From Cirrosporium novae-zelandiae (taxonomy: Eukaryota), in assembly GCA_026023565.1 (NCBI GenBank), contig JAPETS010000018.1, positions 124,001-188,000 on the forward strand: a DNA stretch of 64,000 nt, read 5' to 3'. Of this stretch, positions 41,966 through 56,630 are shown in pieces (position 1 is the stretch's first letter; the number at the start of each line of letters is the position of its first letter). The notes beneath the pieces are model-generated. The model saw nothing but the letters and a program-made list of their open reading frames with translations. It was not told where the DNA came from and searched no databases. The position numbers and the translations under genes are program-made.

Positions 41966-42942
41966 TCCAGGTCTTCCTTTCTTGTGCTTGTTTATGATTA
42001 CGGTTCCTCTTAGTGGCATATTCCGTTATGATATCCGATTTTCCTACTTTAATGAGCTATTCCATATAGTATATGTAAATATTTGTTACTGTTTTTCGGT
42101 GTTCCCTATTTTGTTGCTTGATACCCACATTGCCGGACTATGGAATCTAGGCTGGAGTTGAAAAAGGATCTATGGTGAAAAACATGGCATATTCAACAAA
42201 GAATGTTGCTAGTGTTTTATGGTGTAATGATACATATTGTGACTATTTTGCTCTGACTCCTTATTTGACGCTCATGTTTGCTGATGCTGAGCCTGGAGAG
42301 CTCAACGCTACAACAAACAAGATCAACGCTTTTCAAGCATAAGATGGACCTTGAAATTGAATATTTTAAATTCTATCGTCCACACAAAAGTTAAAGAATA
42401 TATCTATTGAAGAAAGGTACTTGGAGCTTTGTAACTTGAATAACTCTATAGACTATCTTTGTCTTACGTGTCAAGAGAGAGATCCTTCAAAATATTATAT
42501 ATTGCGGTGGAGTTGTAAGATCCCCCCCTGTGTTTTCAAACGAAAGGTAAGGAGGGGTTAGAGGAGTATCCCTTTACCGGAGTTGGATTGTTCCGTGGGG
42601 AGAGATTCCTCTCATCATTTATAGGGAGCTGTAGTGTCACACATAAAAGGCCTAGGGGGGAGGGGAGTGTGTTTTGCGAGGAAGCACGTCATCCCTCTTC
42701 AAATGGACCCCCCGAGTGGCGATCGCTAGTAGGGGCGTGATATAAAGATGATAATAGCTTAGGTATGTCCGTGGGTCGATGCAAAAGTTGAACGAGATCT
42801 GGGCAATCTAGATAGCGTTTTCTATAAGATAGAACACTAATAGCTTAAGATCATATCGTAAGAATTCATTAAGGGTTAACATCATTGATTACCTAGGTAC
42901 TTAGGTATTTGAGCCATTTATAACATCTACAAATATATATAT

Positions 42943-44083
42943 TCATAGTTTACTCTTCTCGCTATCCTCATCTTCAACCTTGACGATGACCTTTCCCCAA
43001 GTCTCTCTCCCTCCCAGCGCAATCAACGCCTCCCCGACCTTTTTCAATCCCTTGAACTCTCTTCCGTTAAACCCCGTGCTCTTGAACTTCCCCTCCTCCA
43101 TCAACTTATAAAGCCCATCCCAGACAACCTCCATCGTCTCCGGCTCCATTTTCGCATACATCCCCCAATGCAGCCCCACCACACTCACATTTTTGAGCAA
43201 TACACGATTAAGCGCCAGCTTTTCAATTTCTCCTCCCGCAAATCCAATGACCAGTAACCTCGCATTCCAAGCAGCGCATTTCATCGATGGGCCTATCATG
43301 CCCACCGGGTCGTATACTATATCAACTCCCTTTTGTCCTGGTGTCAGCTTTTTCACTTGATTAAACCAGTTTTTATTATCTTTATAGTTGATTCCGTAGT
43401 CGGCTCCAAAGTCCTTTGCGATTTGGAGTTTGGCTTCTGTGCCCGCGGTAGCGATGACGGTGGCACCAAAGGCCTTGGCGATCTGAACGGCCGCAAGTCC
43501 CACTCCACCAGCTGCAGCATGGATGAGAACAAAATCTCCGGCTTTTATGCCTGCGCGGGTGACCAGGCCAGCATACGATGTCGGTGCCGTAACCATCAAT
43601 CCCGCCGCCTCTTCACACGTCCATCTCTTAGGTACGAGCCTCAAACTCGCCTCTGGGGCAAGAATGTGTGTGGCATAAGCACCTTGAGAGGCACCGAAGA
43701 CGAGATCGCCCGGAGAGAATTTGGGGGATTTGGAAGCGGTTGGGGTAGAGATGATGCGGCCGGCGAACTCAGAACCAGAGATGAAGGGGAAGGGGGGCTG
43801 ATGTTGGTATTTCCCTCTAATTTGGAGAAGATCGAAGAAGTTGGCTGCAGCAGCTTCAATGCGAATAAGGTATTGTTTTGAAGAAGGGGTTGGAGTGGGA
43901 AGGGTGGTGACACGAAGCTCGTGGGGGCCCTGAAACGTAGTTAGGTCTAGCCATCGTTGAGATCTTGATTGGAAAGAGTGGGTGATTTTTTATGAGATGA
44001 TTAAATTCAAACTAGTATGCTTTACGGATATCAAGAACTGAAAGACGTACAGAAACATATTCGCTAAGTTGAATTGCCTTCAT
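42943..44083 (-). CDS. Zeta-crystallin-like NADPH quinone oxidoreductase (MDR), peroxisomal PTS1
   Basis: MKAIQLSEYVS, intron ~44050-43931, AANFFDLLQIRGKYQ, HAAAGGVG, C-terminal SKL. Confidence 0.92.
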
Positions 44084-45228
44084 CCTTCTGATATAGATTG
44101 TAACTCAAGTGTTGAGATGTCGATATTCAGAAGCCAAATATTGAAATGAGAGATGACGATATAGAAATGAAAATGGAAGCGAATAACCTCTAGATAATTA
44201 GATGTAGTATACAAACAGTATCAAGTAGTATCACATAAGTGATGACAGAAAGACAGCTTCATCCCCGCCTGCTGATTGATAGGCGGGGGCGAACCGAGGT
44301 ATAGTATAATGCTAGGCCATGAGTATTTGGCCCTCAGACAGATCAGTCAGAGTGTCATTATTAGAGCCTAAAATGTCATGGGGAATTTGATTTTAATATC
44401 AAATTTTCATTTAATTTCAAGACCTCCTTAAAGCGAAATAGGGAAATGTTTTCTTCTTAGAAAGTAAATGGTTCGGTATTGAAGGGGTTAAATAAAGTAT
44501 TATCATGTCCTTCCATTGGATCTTGTAGCTGTAGGCGCCTTGTATCTGGGGAAAGGGTTCAGTGGGGGACTAAGATGAATCATTTCATGGATAAATGAAA
44601 CCTTTTCGCTGTGTATGGATAAGGTACCAGATTGGGTTAATTGTTTATCACCTGTTCTTATCCTAAGCCTTTCTTAGACGCCAGAAGCAGAGAGACCGTA
44701 ATGGAAAAAAAGACTAGAGAAGAGGCCACTGTGCCACATTAAATATCATGTAATAGACTACTAGACTATAATATTACTCTTGAGCCTCACCATCTTCTTC
44801 ATTTTTTGTAAAGGATAAAAAGGCTGAAAAAATCATAAATTTTTAGATATTGGGTAATAATTTCAAATTGCTACTTCCCACCAAGTTTATCGTCGCTTTC
44901 TATCTGGTTTTATCGGGAAACGTCATTGTTGGGATACCGACAATTTCGTTGCACTTGAATAGGTCCATTTCACCCTACCACCTACCCACCTCCACCTACT
45001 CTACCTTCTAACTATTGCCCTGCGCCTAGAAACTCCTCCAAGTGTCACCTTATTTCAACACAAATCTAGCTTCTTTAATCTATCGCGTCTAGAAACCAAA
45101 CGACTAACCCGTGAGTTATTCAACAAAGAGCTAGATAAATAAAGAGATTCCATTTCTGACTAACAAATCAGCTTACTATTGTCCCCTACCAAACAACAAG
45201 AACGAACCATCAACCTTTTCAATCCAAC

Positions 45229-46941
45229 ATGGCTGACGATGGCGAAGGCCATGAGGAGCCCCTCGTCAATGTACACATCAAATCTTCTAATGATGCTAAA
45301 TACACACTCAATTTACCCGTTTCCGTCACCGTCGCCGATCTCAAGTCCAAACTTGCAACCTCTGAATATGCCGATATTCCCGTCGAACGACAGCGTCTTA
45401 TCTACTCTGGGCGAGTATTGAAAGATGCGGACACACTTGCTAAACATGAATTCAAGGATGGAAATACAATTCATTTGGTGAAAGGAGCAGCAAGTAACCA
45501 AAGACAAAATCCAGCAAATCAAGCATCGAGTAGCGCAGCTGCCGGTGGTGCAAGTGCTACAAATCAAGGAGTACCCGGTGTACCGACTAATCTTGCTGCT
45601 GGGACGGGAAATAATCCTCTGGCCGGATTAACTGGGGCCCGTTATGCTGGGTTTACAGGTCTTCCTGGAGCAGGAATGTTTGGCCCAGATGGAGGGGTAA
45701 GTTTTTGAACTGTTTTCTCCTGTGGATTCCATGGTTTTGTGGTTTGTCATGATTAAATGAGTAGATCTTTGCGGATCTCTTTGATTTTTTACCTAATCGC
45801 AACACCTAGAAGTGCTCGTATTATATTGTGCTAACTGCCGTCTTAGATGGGACCTCCCCCTGATCCCGAATCGATGATCAACATGCTCCAGAATCCACAA
45901 TTTGCCACTATGATGAATGAAGCGCTACAAAACCCTACCGTATTAGATATGATGATCCAGCAGAATCCAATGCTACGTAATATGGGACCGATGGCCCGAC
46001 AAATTGTCAGTTCTCCAGAGTTCCGTCAAATGTTGACGAATCCGGCCATGATACGGCAAGCGATGCAAATGCAGAGAGCAATGGGAGGTATGGGACCGTT
46101 TGGAGGTGCGGGCGGAGGTGAGGGAGGCTCATTTCCGGCTCCTGGTGTTACCAATACCACCGCCGCAGAAAACAGAAATGGGGGAGGAACATCGGCAACT
46201 CCCGGCCAGGCCAATACCACCGGTACTCCTCAACCGCCTGCAAATCCATTCTCGATGCTTGGGGGTATGTTTGGCGCTCCACCTGCCCAACCCCAAACAG
46301 GCTCCCCAAATACACAAACACCTCCCAATCCATTCGCGGCCATGTTTGCAAATACTGGGAATAGACCACCAGGTTCGCCGCTACCAAATCCATGGTTTGT
46401 ACCTCCAGGCCATACTCCAGCTACTTCTCCCCCTCCTCCAGTCTCTGCTGGTCAAGGCACCCCCCAGCGCTCAGGAACCCCGTCACAACAAGAAGGCTCG
46501 AATACGTCAACACAGCAACCAGAAGGGCTGGACCAAACACAACAAGCACAGCAGCAGGCGCAACAACAAGCGTTCGCGAACCTAGCCAACCTATTTGGTG
46601 CCGCTGGACAGAATCCAAGCCCTGGTGGCCTCCCTTCAAATAATTATTTACAAGCAATGATGAATGCAATGGGAGGTGTACCCGGACAAGGACAAGGACA
46701 AGGGCAGGGAGCTCAGGGAAACGATCCCCTTGCAGGCCTTCGAGACTATGGAACATTATTTGGTGGCATGGGCTCACCTCCGCCACCGCCAGATAACAGA
46801 CCTCCAGAAGAGAGATATGCGGAGCAGCTTCGGCAACTAAATGACATGGGATTCTATGAATTTGAACGAAATGTGGAGGCATTGCGAAGGTCAGGAGGAA
46901 GCGTAGAGGGAGCGGTGGATTATTTGCTGACACACCCATGA
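45229..46941 (+). CDS. DSK2: Ubiquilin Dsk2 (UBL-STI1-UBA)
   Basis: UBL QRLIYSGRVLKD..TIHLVK; STI1 repeats; UBA PPEERYAEQLRQLNDMGF; intron 45697-45846. Confidence 0.96.
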
Positions 46942-47928
46942 GAATGATTATGGGGACGAGCACAGGTGGATGTTGTATTAGTTAACCTTGAGGATAAGGG
47001 CCTCGAATGGAGGGGAAGTTTACTTTTACTATGCGGTCTCTGAATGGTACCATGGCAATAAAGTCTCAACAGGCCATTTCTGTGAAAATATTCCCTTCGG
47101 TTTTTTTTTTTCTTGAACAGACTCTGATTTTTGAGAGAGCATAGCGTTATTTCCGGTTGACATTGTAGGGATACATGCTTGAGTTGCAATGATAGCTATG
47201 ATGTTTAGTGCAGGGACAATCTACATGAAGCGGGTGCATAAAGATGACAGAAATAATTCCAAGTCAAGATATGTATGTTTTTTTTTCTGCATGAAGCCAG
47301 AAGGTGGATTAGTTATGATGTCGTACAGTACATGGTAGATGTAATTAAGAATATGTGATAAGGATCATGTCTCATCAAGTGTCTCAGGAGGGTTGGAAGT
47401 TAGAAATGCAGGAAGTTGAAGGTTTGATATTGAGATGATTAATCATTCCTTTGGAAGAATAAGAAAGAAGGGTTTAGGGCTAAATTCCTTTAGTGGTGGT
47501 GATATAAGATTTAATAGTGAACTGTTGTCAGTTCATTTCCACCGATAAAAGTGTGGCTTGACGCTCAGTTGGTTCATGGATTTATTGTGGACATGGGAGG
47601 AAAGGAGGGAGAAGCTGTTGGTTGAAGGCGTGTCTGGGGCCTTAGCGGGAGTTCCGAGATTAGTCCAATCAGAAACCGTCACACACTTCGAGTTCTTGAG
47701 TTCTAGTTAGCCAACAAAGCATCATTGCATGCAGGAACCGCAGGAACAACATCAAGTCTCAACAATTGAAGTGGTTTGGTTGGTGTACAAGGGCCCTATT
47801 GTTATTTTGTTGTGCGGCAGATTGATGCCAGGGTGGGGATGATGGATGATCCAGCAAGCAATGGCAAGCAATGGCATGGCAATCTTATTTTTATAATTAT
47901 CCTGAAACTCCTAATGGAGAACTATGCA

Positions 47929-48018
47929 GTAGTCCAGGATAGTCGAGGATAGTCCAGAGTAGGTCCAGAGTAGTCCAGAGTAGTTCAACATAGTCCCGAA
48001 CAAGTCCAAAATAGTCGA
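47929..48018. repeat. Degenerate 10-bp minisatellite (TAGTCCAGAG)
   Basis: About 9 units: tagtccagga tagtcgagga tagtccagag taggtccagag tagtccagag tagttcaaca tagtcccgaa caagtccaaaa tagtcgaa. Confidence 0.75.
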
Positions 48019-48892
48019 AAGGAAAAGGCACGTACCACTAAAATGCCATAGTAGATTCGTACTCACGGTACTCTGACACCTGGGGCTCTCCAACCTTGTT
48101 CTCTCTTGTTGGACTTTGTTGCAACTGGCCCTTCAAAGTCCCCCCCCCCCAAGAACCCTCCTTCAATGCCAGCTTTTCCCTAACCTTTACTATGTACGGC
48201 CAATTTCAAGGCCTATCGTCACCCTGTTGATCATTCCTTTTACTTTCCTTACTGCTTTTTTTACTACACACTGCAAAGAGTCCTGCCATCCTGAGACCTT
48301 TCATCTTGAAGTCTTTCGTTGCTTTCCTTTGGTCCTCGCTTGCTCTTGGCTCTTCTCGACAATTTTTTCATTAGATATCCATTATCCCATTATCCATTAC
48401 AACCCCATTACCCATTATCCATTGTTTCCAAAGGAGTATCATCAACCTTTACCATTGGTTGATCCGACGGTCGTTTATATCATATAATCTTAAGGACCTT
48501 GTTATGTCTTTTGTAATAATTGGTAGGTCCAACATGACCTCCGTTGACTGAACATAGCTAACTCTTTTATGAAGCTTGACTGGCTGCTATCGTTTCAATT
48601 CCTACCTTGACTTTCCATCTGGCAACCAATTCCTTTGGGTCTTGTCCCCAAGAAACCTATCAAACGTATCAAACCTAATCGACGACCCAGTTCACCACCC
48701 GCTGTTGACCAACAAATATCATACGCCTTTGTAGCGGGCCTACAAATGCGTGATCCGTCCGATTGAACACCGCGCTGGCATATCTGCCCTTGTTATTGTG
48801 AGAAGGGGAGGGATCTGGAGTCTTAACTGATATCTGGACTTGCATATATTATTTCTATTGAAGGGAGAAACATTTGGATGAAAGAATAGATC

Positions 48893-50458
48893 ATGTCTGG
48901 CCCCATGCGATCAGAAGACCAACTTCCAGTTCACGAACCAACATCCCCTCAGGCATCCTCTTCGAGATCCAGGCGAGCCGACAATGCGCGCAACTCATTC
49001 TCGGCATTGTTCCATAGCACATCGGAACATGCATCTGAAAATCTGAATGAACAAAAACCTATATCTTCTAAATCACCTCGACTTAATGAAATACTTGGAA
49101 ATCGTCGTCTCAGCATCCCCCCACCCGCCGCAGCTAGTCCATCTCGAAGGTCACAAACTTCTACTCGTTCTGTAATCGATCCCGATTCCTCACCTATGAG
49201 CACTACTGGGCCCGCCAGTGCCATTCCTACCCAGACTTTAGAAGCTATTATGACCGCGTCATCGTCAGAACGATCAAGATCCCATACACATTCAACATCA
49301 GGACGATCAGGATCACATTCGCATCGACATTCGCATCACCAATCCAGATCAACATATCAGCATCGCCGTCACTTGACACCCGAGGAAGAAATTCTCTCAG
49401 CAATGGGAATGAGTATGCACAACCATCGCCATAATCATAGACGGAGACGGAAACATCGGAGAGCAGGAGAACGGAGAGGGAGACGATTTTTTCCGCGAAA
49501 GGGAGAAACACGGACTAAAGCTCTGAGTTGTCTTATTTCAGGGGTTTCTTTGGGTATTGTGTTGAGTATTTGTATGTCGTCTAACCCCGATTATGTCCTG
49601 ATATGCCACGGCGTATATTCCAGATACTAACAATCAATAAATATAGATCTTGCACTCGCCCTCTCTAATACAGGAGCAACGTCAGAATTCCAAGTGTTCC
49701 TCTTGCTCCTCATCCTTATCATTACTATTCTCTTCTGCCACTCTCTTGTGCGTTTGTGTATGGTCCTTCTGCGAAATCCTTCCTACAACGCCTTCCCATC
49801 TGAGGCTGCTGTCGGACCTGGTGGTTATGCTCAGCTTGATCGTCCTATTAGGGTTGTTTTGGCTAGGGATGAGGAAATTGCAGAAGATTCCCCGGAGTCA
49901 GATGTAGAGACTGGGCAGCGGCCAAAAGAAGCGGTTAAAATGCCGCCGCCGGCCTATGGGCTTTGGAGAAGTAGTGTGGTATGTATAATGCATTGAAAGA
50001 CTGTTCTGGCAAGACAGCAAAATGGAGGTGAAGCTAATATATAAATCCAGAGAGTCGACCCCAACCTTATTTACTGGCAACGCGCCGATGCCCCACCATT
50101 ACCACAACACCCATCTCTGTCCACATCTTCACATCCCACATCACGTTCCCGCTCCCATACCAACGACTCCACCAACCTCAGCCCCGTTTCCGAAATGAGC
50201 TCCTCTCCTAGTTCAAGCCCTAACGAATACCGCTCAAGCCAACAGTTCCCCAGACGTCCTACATCCGTCATGTCTAATATGTCCATAATGTCCGCAAACT
50301 CGACGAGACCTCCGAGTTATCTCAGTGATGATGGAGTAAGATATGTTGTAGAGGCAACTCCGAGGAGTGTTGCCCCAGCAGAAGTATCAGGAGGGTTAGC
50401 ACGGGGACCGAGTGTCAGGGGTGGTCCTACAGGTCTGAGAAGGATAAGGGAGGTATGA
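48893..50458 (+). CDS. Conserved fungal two-TM membrane protein with PPPAY motif, function unknown
   Basis: S/R/H-rich N-terminus, TM1 (CLISGVSLGIVLSIYLAL), TM2 (VFLLLLILIITILFCHSLVRLC), PPPAYGLWRSSVRVDPNL, RPPSYLSDDGV; introns ~49572-49646 and ~49979-50050. Confidence 0.75.
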
Positions 50459-53399
50459 TTTGTGTTAGCCAGCAACGGAACGACTTTATTTCAAAAATCC
50501 AATTTTAGGCCATTCATTAGGCAATTGGCCCCTTTAAAAAAAAGAGAACAAGCCAGTTAATTTCTTGCTTGCTCAATTTTTCTTGGGAGACCTGACCCCC
50601 CACACCTTCTCCCCACGGACCCTCTAGGGTGTGTAGAATCAACTTTCTACTTTGTAGATTTTACCTATTATTATCAGGGAAAGACGGAACCGGCATGACA
50701 TTTTTAGCGTTTTTTATGGTGTAATGGCGTTTTCGAGCTTTAGACAAGATATATACAAACTTAGATTTATTTTAATGCGGGGTAGGATGGATGGGAAGGA
50801 GGTGGAGGGGGGGGTTGTGATGTAGTTTTTATTGAAAAGAATAAAATGCCCCCGGGGGGAATTCACCTTTTTAAACGAGAGAGGGGGGGGGGAAGTTAAG
50901 AAAAGAGCAAAGAACGTAGCTGGAGATGTATTTTTTGTTTGTCTGTTCCCTCCTAATAGTTCTAAGATAGCTATGCAAGCTATCTAGGATGACTTTCGTA
51001 TCATGTATTCTTGTATTCATACATATTTTTTTATCTGTAAACGTTAGCTTTGGCTCCGGGTTATGGGGTTATGTAGAAGTCTTGTGAATATTTGATTTTT
51101 TTGGTTTTTTTGGTTTTTGGTTTTTTGATATGAACGTATAGATATATATAGGCTCTCGCAATTTTTTGTTAGTTAGTTTGATTGTTTGTAACAAAAAGAA
51201 AAATTGGGAGTTTGGAATTGGAATGGTATATATATATATAGGGAGAGAGAGAGAGAGGTGGTTAGTTAGTTATGAATAGAAAGGCATGTTTTTCTACGGT
51301 AATTGTGGGATCATATCATTTTTCTCATTGTATGCGCTGGGATGATTTTGTGAGTATTTATTATGGCTGTAGTTACATCTAAGTTCAGGTTTAAGCTGGC
51401 GAGCTGGGTGGGTTGGGTGGGTAGGAGGTCGTTATGAAATGGAGTGAAATAAATAAAGCAATAATGTCTTCCCGCCCCTCTCGTCCTCCTTTTTTGATGG
51501 GTTAGATTAGATTGTTCGGGTATGGATGCATAGAGGTATGAGATAGATAAGCTGGGTTGAAGTAAATTGAATAGCTTGCTCTGCTCTGACTTGGTATTCT
51601 CTGAGGATATTTTGCCTGCTTGCTTGGCTGATATGCATGCATGCATACATACATACATACATATGTTGCTGTGACTTTAGCTTTGGACTTGAGTTTGGTT
51701 TTGGGTTTGCTGGCGTGGACTTCCAGTGTTGAGGCTGAGGTTGAGGTTGGGTGAGGTTGAGGTTAAATAGATAGATAATAGAGTTATATGGAAAGAAAAA
51801 GAAGAACAAGGAATATCCATCCATCCATCTATTCCTAAAATCCGGGATTCATGTTGAGAGTTTTAGAATTAGGAGGGGAGGATAATAAAAGGATAGGATG
51901 GGTCCATATAATAAAAACCTAGATTGTGAGAATTGAGGGTAGTAGAAATACATCCTCGACGAAGTGAATAGAGTGGAACATTATCAGTAGTAATAGTGAC
52001 AAAATATATTTACTTTCTTCAAGTCCACATCCTCTTATAACATATAATAAGATATTACCATCAATCATTCTGTTGTTTTTTTTCTTTTCTTGGTTTCACA
52101 TGCAGTGAAACCTACTGACTGGCTGGGGAGGCCTGGGAGGAAAATCATAGGAATATAGGAGATTAATTATCAACTTGTTGATTAGAAATTGAGGCCTTGA
52201 TTGTAAAAGTCAAAGTGGAGGTGGATTCGTGGCTGAAGTGACGGTTTGTTACCTAGTAGATAAGGACTTATTTCAAAATCTTGGCATGGATTGTGATGCC
52301 TGATGCAGCCCTATCTGTGCCCCAGGTAAGTAGGAAATGCTGTTTCGGATCTCGGATCTCGGGTCTGGGATAATAGTTGCTATTACTTCCTTTAGTTTAT
52401 CAGCGCTTACACTCTGTACTTCATAATAATATAATCTAGTACTTCTGTAACTTTCTTAGAGGCGACGATGATAATTGCAGGAACGATGGGTCAACCTTCT
52501 CGAAATTTGGGTTTTGTTGGGATTTATATGGTGAAGTAGGTGTGTGGGGTTGCGGTGTAAGGATGGGATAGGGTAGGTCTATTGGCTGAAGAAATATATA
52601 AATGGATGAATTGGTTTGATACGAGTCGAGAGACAGAGAGAGAGAAGGTAGTGAGAAGTGTGACACCATTGTGAAGTATTGCGATCAATCATAAGAGGGT
52701 ATTAGTTACTGGTGTTAGATAGTTATGGGACCATAAGACGGAAGAAAAAGAAGAGGAGGAAGAGGGAGATAGATTATTTGTAGGGAATAGCAAGATTCGT
52801 AGTTGGGAGAGGTGTGAAACATTCCATGTGATATTGTTCGATTAGTAATTTAGAGCACCGATTACAGCCAAAATAATTTGTATCAATGGGGCATCATTGC
52901 ATTATTTACTAATGTGGTATTAAAATATAAAAGTAAAGGTTAGGGCAATTATGTACGGCTGTCCTTACTTTCTTTGAAAGAAATGGACCTACGGGTATGC
53001 CACCCGTCTTAAACCCAAACCCAATCCCAAACGTATATCCGAAATCCCTAAAACGTTTTATGTCCTTTTCTCAGCTTTCCCATTTCCTAAATGGCAAGCT
53101 TCTGTCTGTCGTCATAAGTGAAATACTATTTGGTATCAAATTTAATACAAGGAAATTCGTTCTAAAGGCCGTGTCTGTTTAGGCTGTGGAGCTTTGAACT
53201 TCGAGCTTCGTTGGTCCACGGAATTCGGAGTTTTTGCCTGGCTCAGCCAATCTCGTATCGACGTTAACTCCGCTTCTGGAATGAGGTTTTGGCCGACCTC
53301 TCTCTCCGATACCGCGTTATTTCGGAGTGTTTTCGTTATCTTCGACTCATTCTAGATATCACCATCCTGTCGACTGACCGCTAGATTATTTTATCCTAC

Positions 53400-55125
53400 T
53401 CAATATCGAGGCATAACGTTCGCCGCAGCAATTGGTCCCGGCGCTCCAACTCCGTACAACCCTAAACTCGCCCATCGCTCGGTTGCTGAAAAGGCGTAGA
53501 CAGGCGGATCATTTGAACTATCATCTGCTGTCGGTAAAGCACGGCCGCTGGTCGCGCCCTCGTCATCACCGACTTCTGATGCTGAAGTGGATGACGATGT
53601 GAACGATGCGGAGTCTGCTAATGACGAGGCAGAGGACGGGGTGGAGAGAGATTCCGGGTGCATACAGTCTGGGCTGGGTGGAGCAACGCTCCGAGGCACG
53701 AAGAAGCTAACGGCTTCCCGAGCAGCGATGGCGTGGGCTTCTGAGCTGGAAATTGTAGCCGTTGCATTTGGATTTCCCATGGCAGCAATCTGAATCGGAA
53801 CTTTTAGAGAAAGGAGAGACGTTGAGCCTATTCCGGAAGATGTGTGGTAGGATAGGCCTAGATCGAGCTTGTAGACCCTGCTGACAAGACAGCTGTGGAA
53901 TGTTGGCACAAACGCCTTTTTTGATGGAAGGCTTATCGGGACCAACACGCTGGCTGTGTAGAAAGTGGAGCCTGTGTAGGAAAGGCTTGGTGAAGGGAAG
54001 GTGAGAGATGCAGTCGTAGAGGTTACGGAGTCCCTGCGAGCATCAGGGTAAGGCGATGTGTGAGAGTGCCACTGCGCGGATTCGATACACCTGGAAGAAA
54101 GGTGCTGACTTGCATCGTAGAAACCCCGAGTGCTGTCGAAGATGGTCGTAGAATTATGAGTAGGAAAGGAATGCATGGGCTGCGTGGAGAAATAAGTCGT
54201 GATTTTCAGCTTCGCGAAGAGGGTTGCAAGACGAGGAGGCTTGGAGTTGGCTTCTGCAGGGTCGAAGCGGAGGTTGACAGTCGCCATAGTGTTTGGAGTC
54301 GAAGAATCGGATCCTGGAGCTGGGAGATAAAATGCTTTTGGTTGTGAGGCCTCAATGGTAATACGTCCAGTTTTGCCTTTGAAGACGCCTTTCTTGACAT
54401 CCTTCTCCTTCCGAAGGCAGTATTCCTCATCGTCGGAGACGTGGAGAGGTGGCTCTTCTTCGATGGCAGGAATAATACGTATTTTCTTGGCCGCTTCTAC
54501 CAGGACTATTGGTTTGGAAGGGCTGTTGCGAGTGAGTTTCACCTTGATCATATACGCGATTCGGACCATCTCCGGAGCAAGATCATCAAGGAGAGAGGTA
54601 CCATCACTAGCAAGCATTGGGTCACCTAAGCTCGGTGGAAGACGAGTATGAGCATCGTGAATTTGAGCACCAGCATTGCGATGAGAGCACACTTGGGGAA
54701 GTAGTTGTTCAGGAACAACGAAAGTAAAGGGGAATTTGTAAGTCTGCCCAGCTTTGGCGATATGCGATGCAGGCAAAGACCGCTCTCCAATTGGTTGTTT
54801 GAGCTTGAGGAAGTTGTGTTGAGCTCTCGTTTTGTTAGTTGTAGGAGCCGACATTCCTGCTTTCTCTACCCATGTCTTTGTTACGCCTGATAAAAGATGT
54901 CAGAGATGTCGAGGAGACTATTGATAGGGACTAACCTTCAAAGGTGATCTCAATGTTATCGATTTTGGTGTCCAATGGCACCATTATCGAGACTTCCCCT
55001 TCGATCTTCTCCAGAGTTGTGTAAGAACTGACATAGGTATCTCTGTTATTTTTTAACAAGATATCAATAACAGGCTTACTCTTTTGGGAGAAAGATCGAA
55101 GGGAAGAAACAAAATTTGTTGACAT
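53400..55125 (-). CDS. Arrestin-fold (Bul1-like/ART) ubiquitin-ligase adaptor
   Basis: YTTLEKIEGEV, HNFLKLKQP, YKFPFTFVVP, LPPSLGD, PTFHSCLVSRVY, C-terminal PPVY; intron 54935-54887. Confidence 0.85.
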
Positions 55126-56591
55126 GGTGATGATTGATTTAAAGAGTTTGAGAAGGGAATGAATGATTGCGATATAGATATCTAGCTATTAGCCTTGCAG
55201 CCTTGTGACAGTGCCGCAAGATTGAGGGGTAGGCTAATTAATAACTTGGTGGTGGTTGATTCCTCGCAAGCAACAACAAAGAATGATATATGCGACAATT
55301 AAGACAATGCTGCAGATGATATTTGGTATGGATTGATCAGAATTATTAGACAATTTCTTGAATAGGAAGTTGATGGATAATAAAAATTGATTTATGATTA
55401 ATTACCCATCTGGGGGAGGGATGGCTTTATATACGGGATTTAGCTGTGAAGCAGGAGATGATGACTATCAGTTGCTGAGAAATTCCACCCGACGTATTAA
55501 GAAAGTGTAGCCAGGTACGGTCAAGAAATTTCAGAGTCATGACCTACGGAATTCAACTACGGAATTCATTAAGCAACGGATCAGTGCATTAGTAGGATGC
55601 ACCAGGATATAGGAGGGTTCGAAAATCCATGGGGCCATAGTGCAGTACAGTACTCGTGGAGAGAAGCTAAGATGTTAGTAATATGATTCGACGGCTCAAG
55701 GGAAGGAATATCGATGGAAGAAAATAAAGACCAGAAATAATTTAGTCAGTGCATAATTAGTTCAGTTTATGTGATGTTAGTGGATATTATCAGGCCTTTT
55801 TTGATGCTGTAAATAAGCACGAAATCTGACAAGAGAGGGATCATCTCACGCCCTTTGAGACCTTGATTGAACGCATCCAAACCAAAAGAGGATTAGTGAA
55901 TGAGGTTTCGCAATATGGCTGAATTCCGACAAAGAAAAACTACTCCTTTGGAGATAGAAGATTTATTATGGTGGACATGATGTGGATATGGGAATTCCAA
56001 GTACCAAGTAACTTGTCATGTTGAAGCGAAAGTTTGATGGCTACGCCTTTCGATGACCACACGTGGATTGACAAGCGCTCTCTCAAGGTCCTTTAAGGGT
56101 TTTACCATAACGTTAGGGGTAACCCCTCCATGTCGACATGTCTTCCAGGCCTTGGTCCCTTCAGTTAACGACAGGCCTTGGCGACCTCCTCATTTTCCTT
56201 GACTCATAGAAATTCCAATGCGCAGGTACACACGAACACCGCATTTTCTATCGAGATTTGATGCAATTCCGTGCTGAAATTTTCAAACAAGCTTCGTTGT
56301 CCACTCCCCCAATACCTATGAGTATTAGCCCGGCATTTTTATCCCTCAAATTTTAACCTGTCCAAGTTTGCTGGGGTAGCTACCCAGGTACTTAGTAGCT
56401 ATCCTGCGGCTACTGTCGGCATTGTACCTTGGTGTCTTTTTTTAATAATCGAAATGCTTTTTGGAACTGGTTTGCATGAGATCATCTGACAAATAAATCC
56501 CAAGTAATTCATCACAGCCCTACGAAGCTATTCTTATAATGTCCCAAATGGGAAGTATCAGCGTTTCGGGGAAGTACAACCTTCGATATTT

Positions 56592-56630
56592 GCTTATCAA
56601 AGACCTCGAGATAAGCACAACAAACTTATC
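56592..56630. promoter_or_regulatory. Inverted pair of GATAAG sites plus a third CTTATC (GATA-factor element) in the arrestin/TenA divergent intergenic region
   Basis: TGCTTATC-N11-GATAAGCA followed by CTTATC. Confidence 0.5.

Noticed and set aside
42220..42760. C/D-box-like words (ATGATA..CTGA; ATGATGA) between convergent genes
   Set aside because: No terminal stem, matching D box or recognisable rRNA guide.
47929..48018. CRISPR-like regularly spaced repeats
   Set aside because: 10-bp units without spacers in a eukaryotic genome; a simple minisatellite.
50460..53390. Short ORFs in a 3-kb intergenic region
   Set aside because: Low-complexity microsatellite-rich DNA ((CATA)n, (GA)n, (TA)n) without coding signal.
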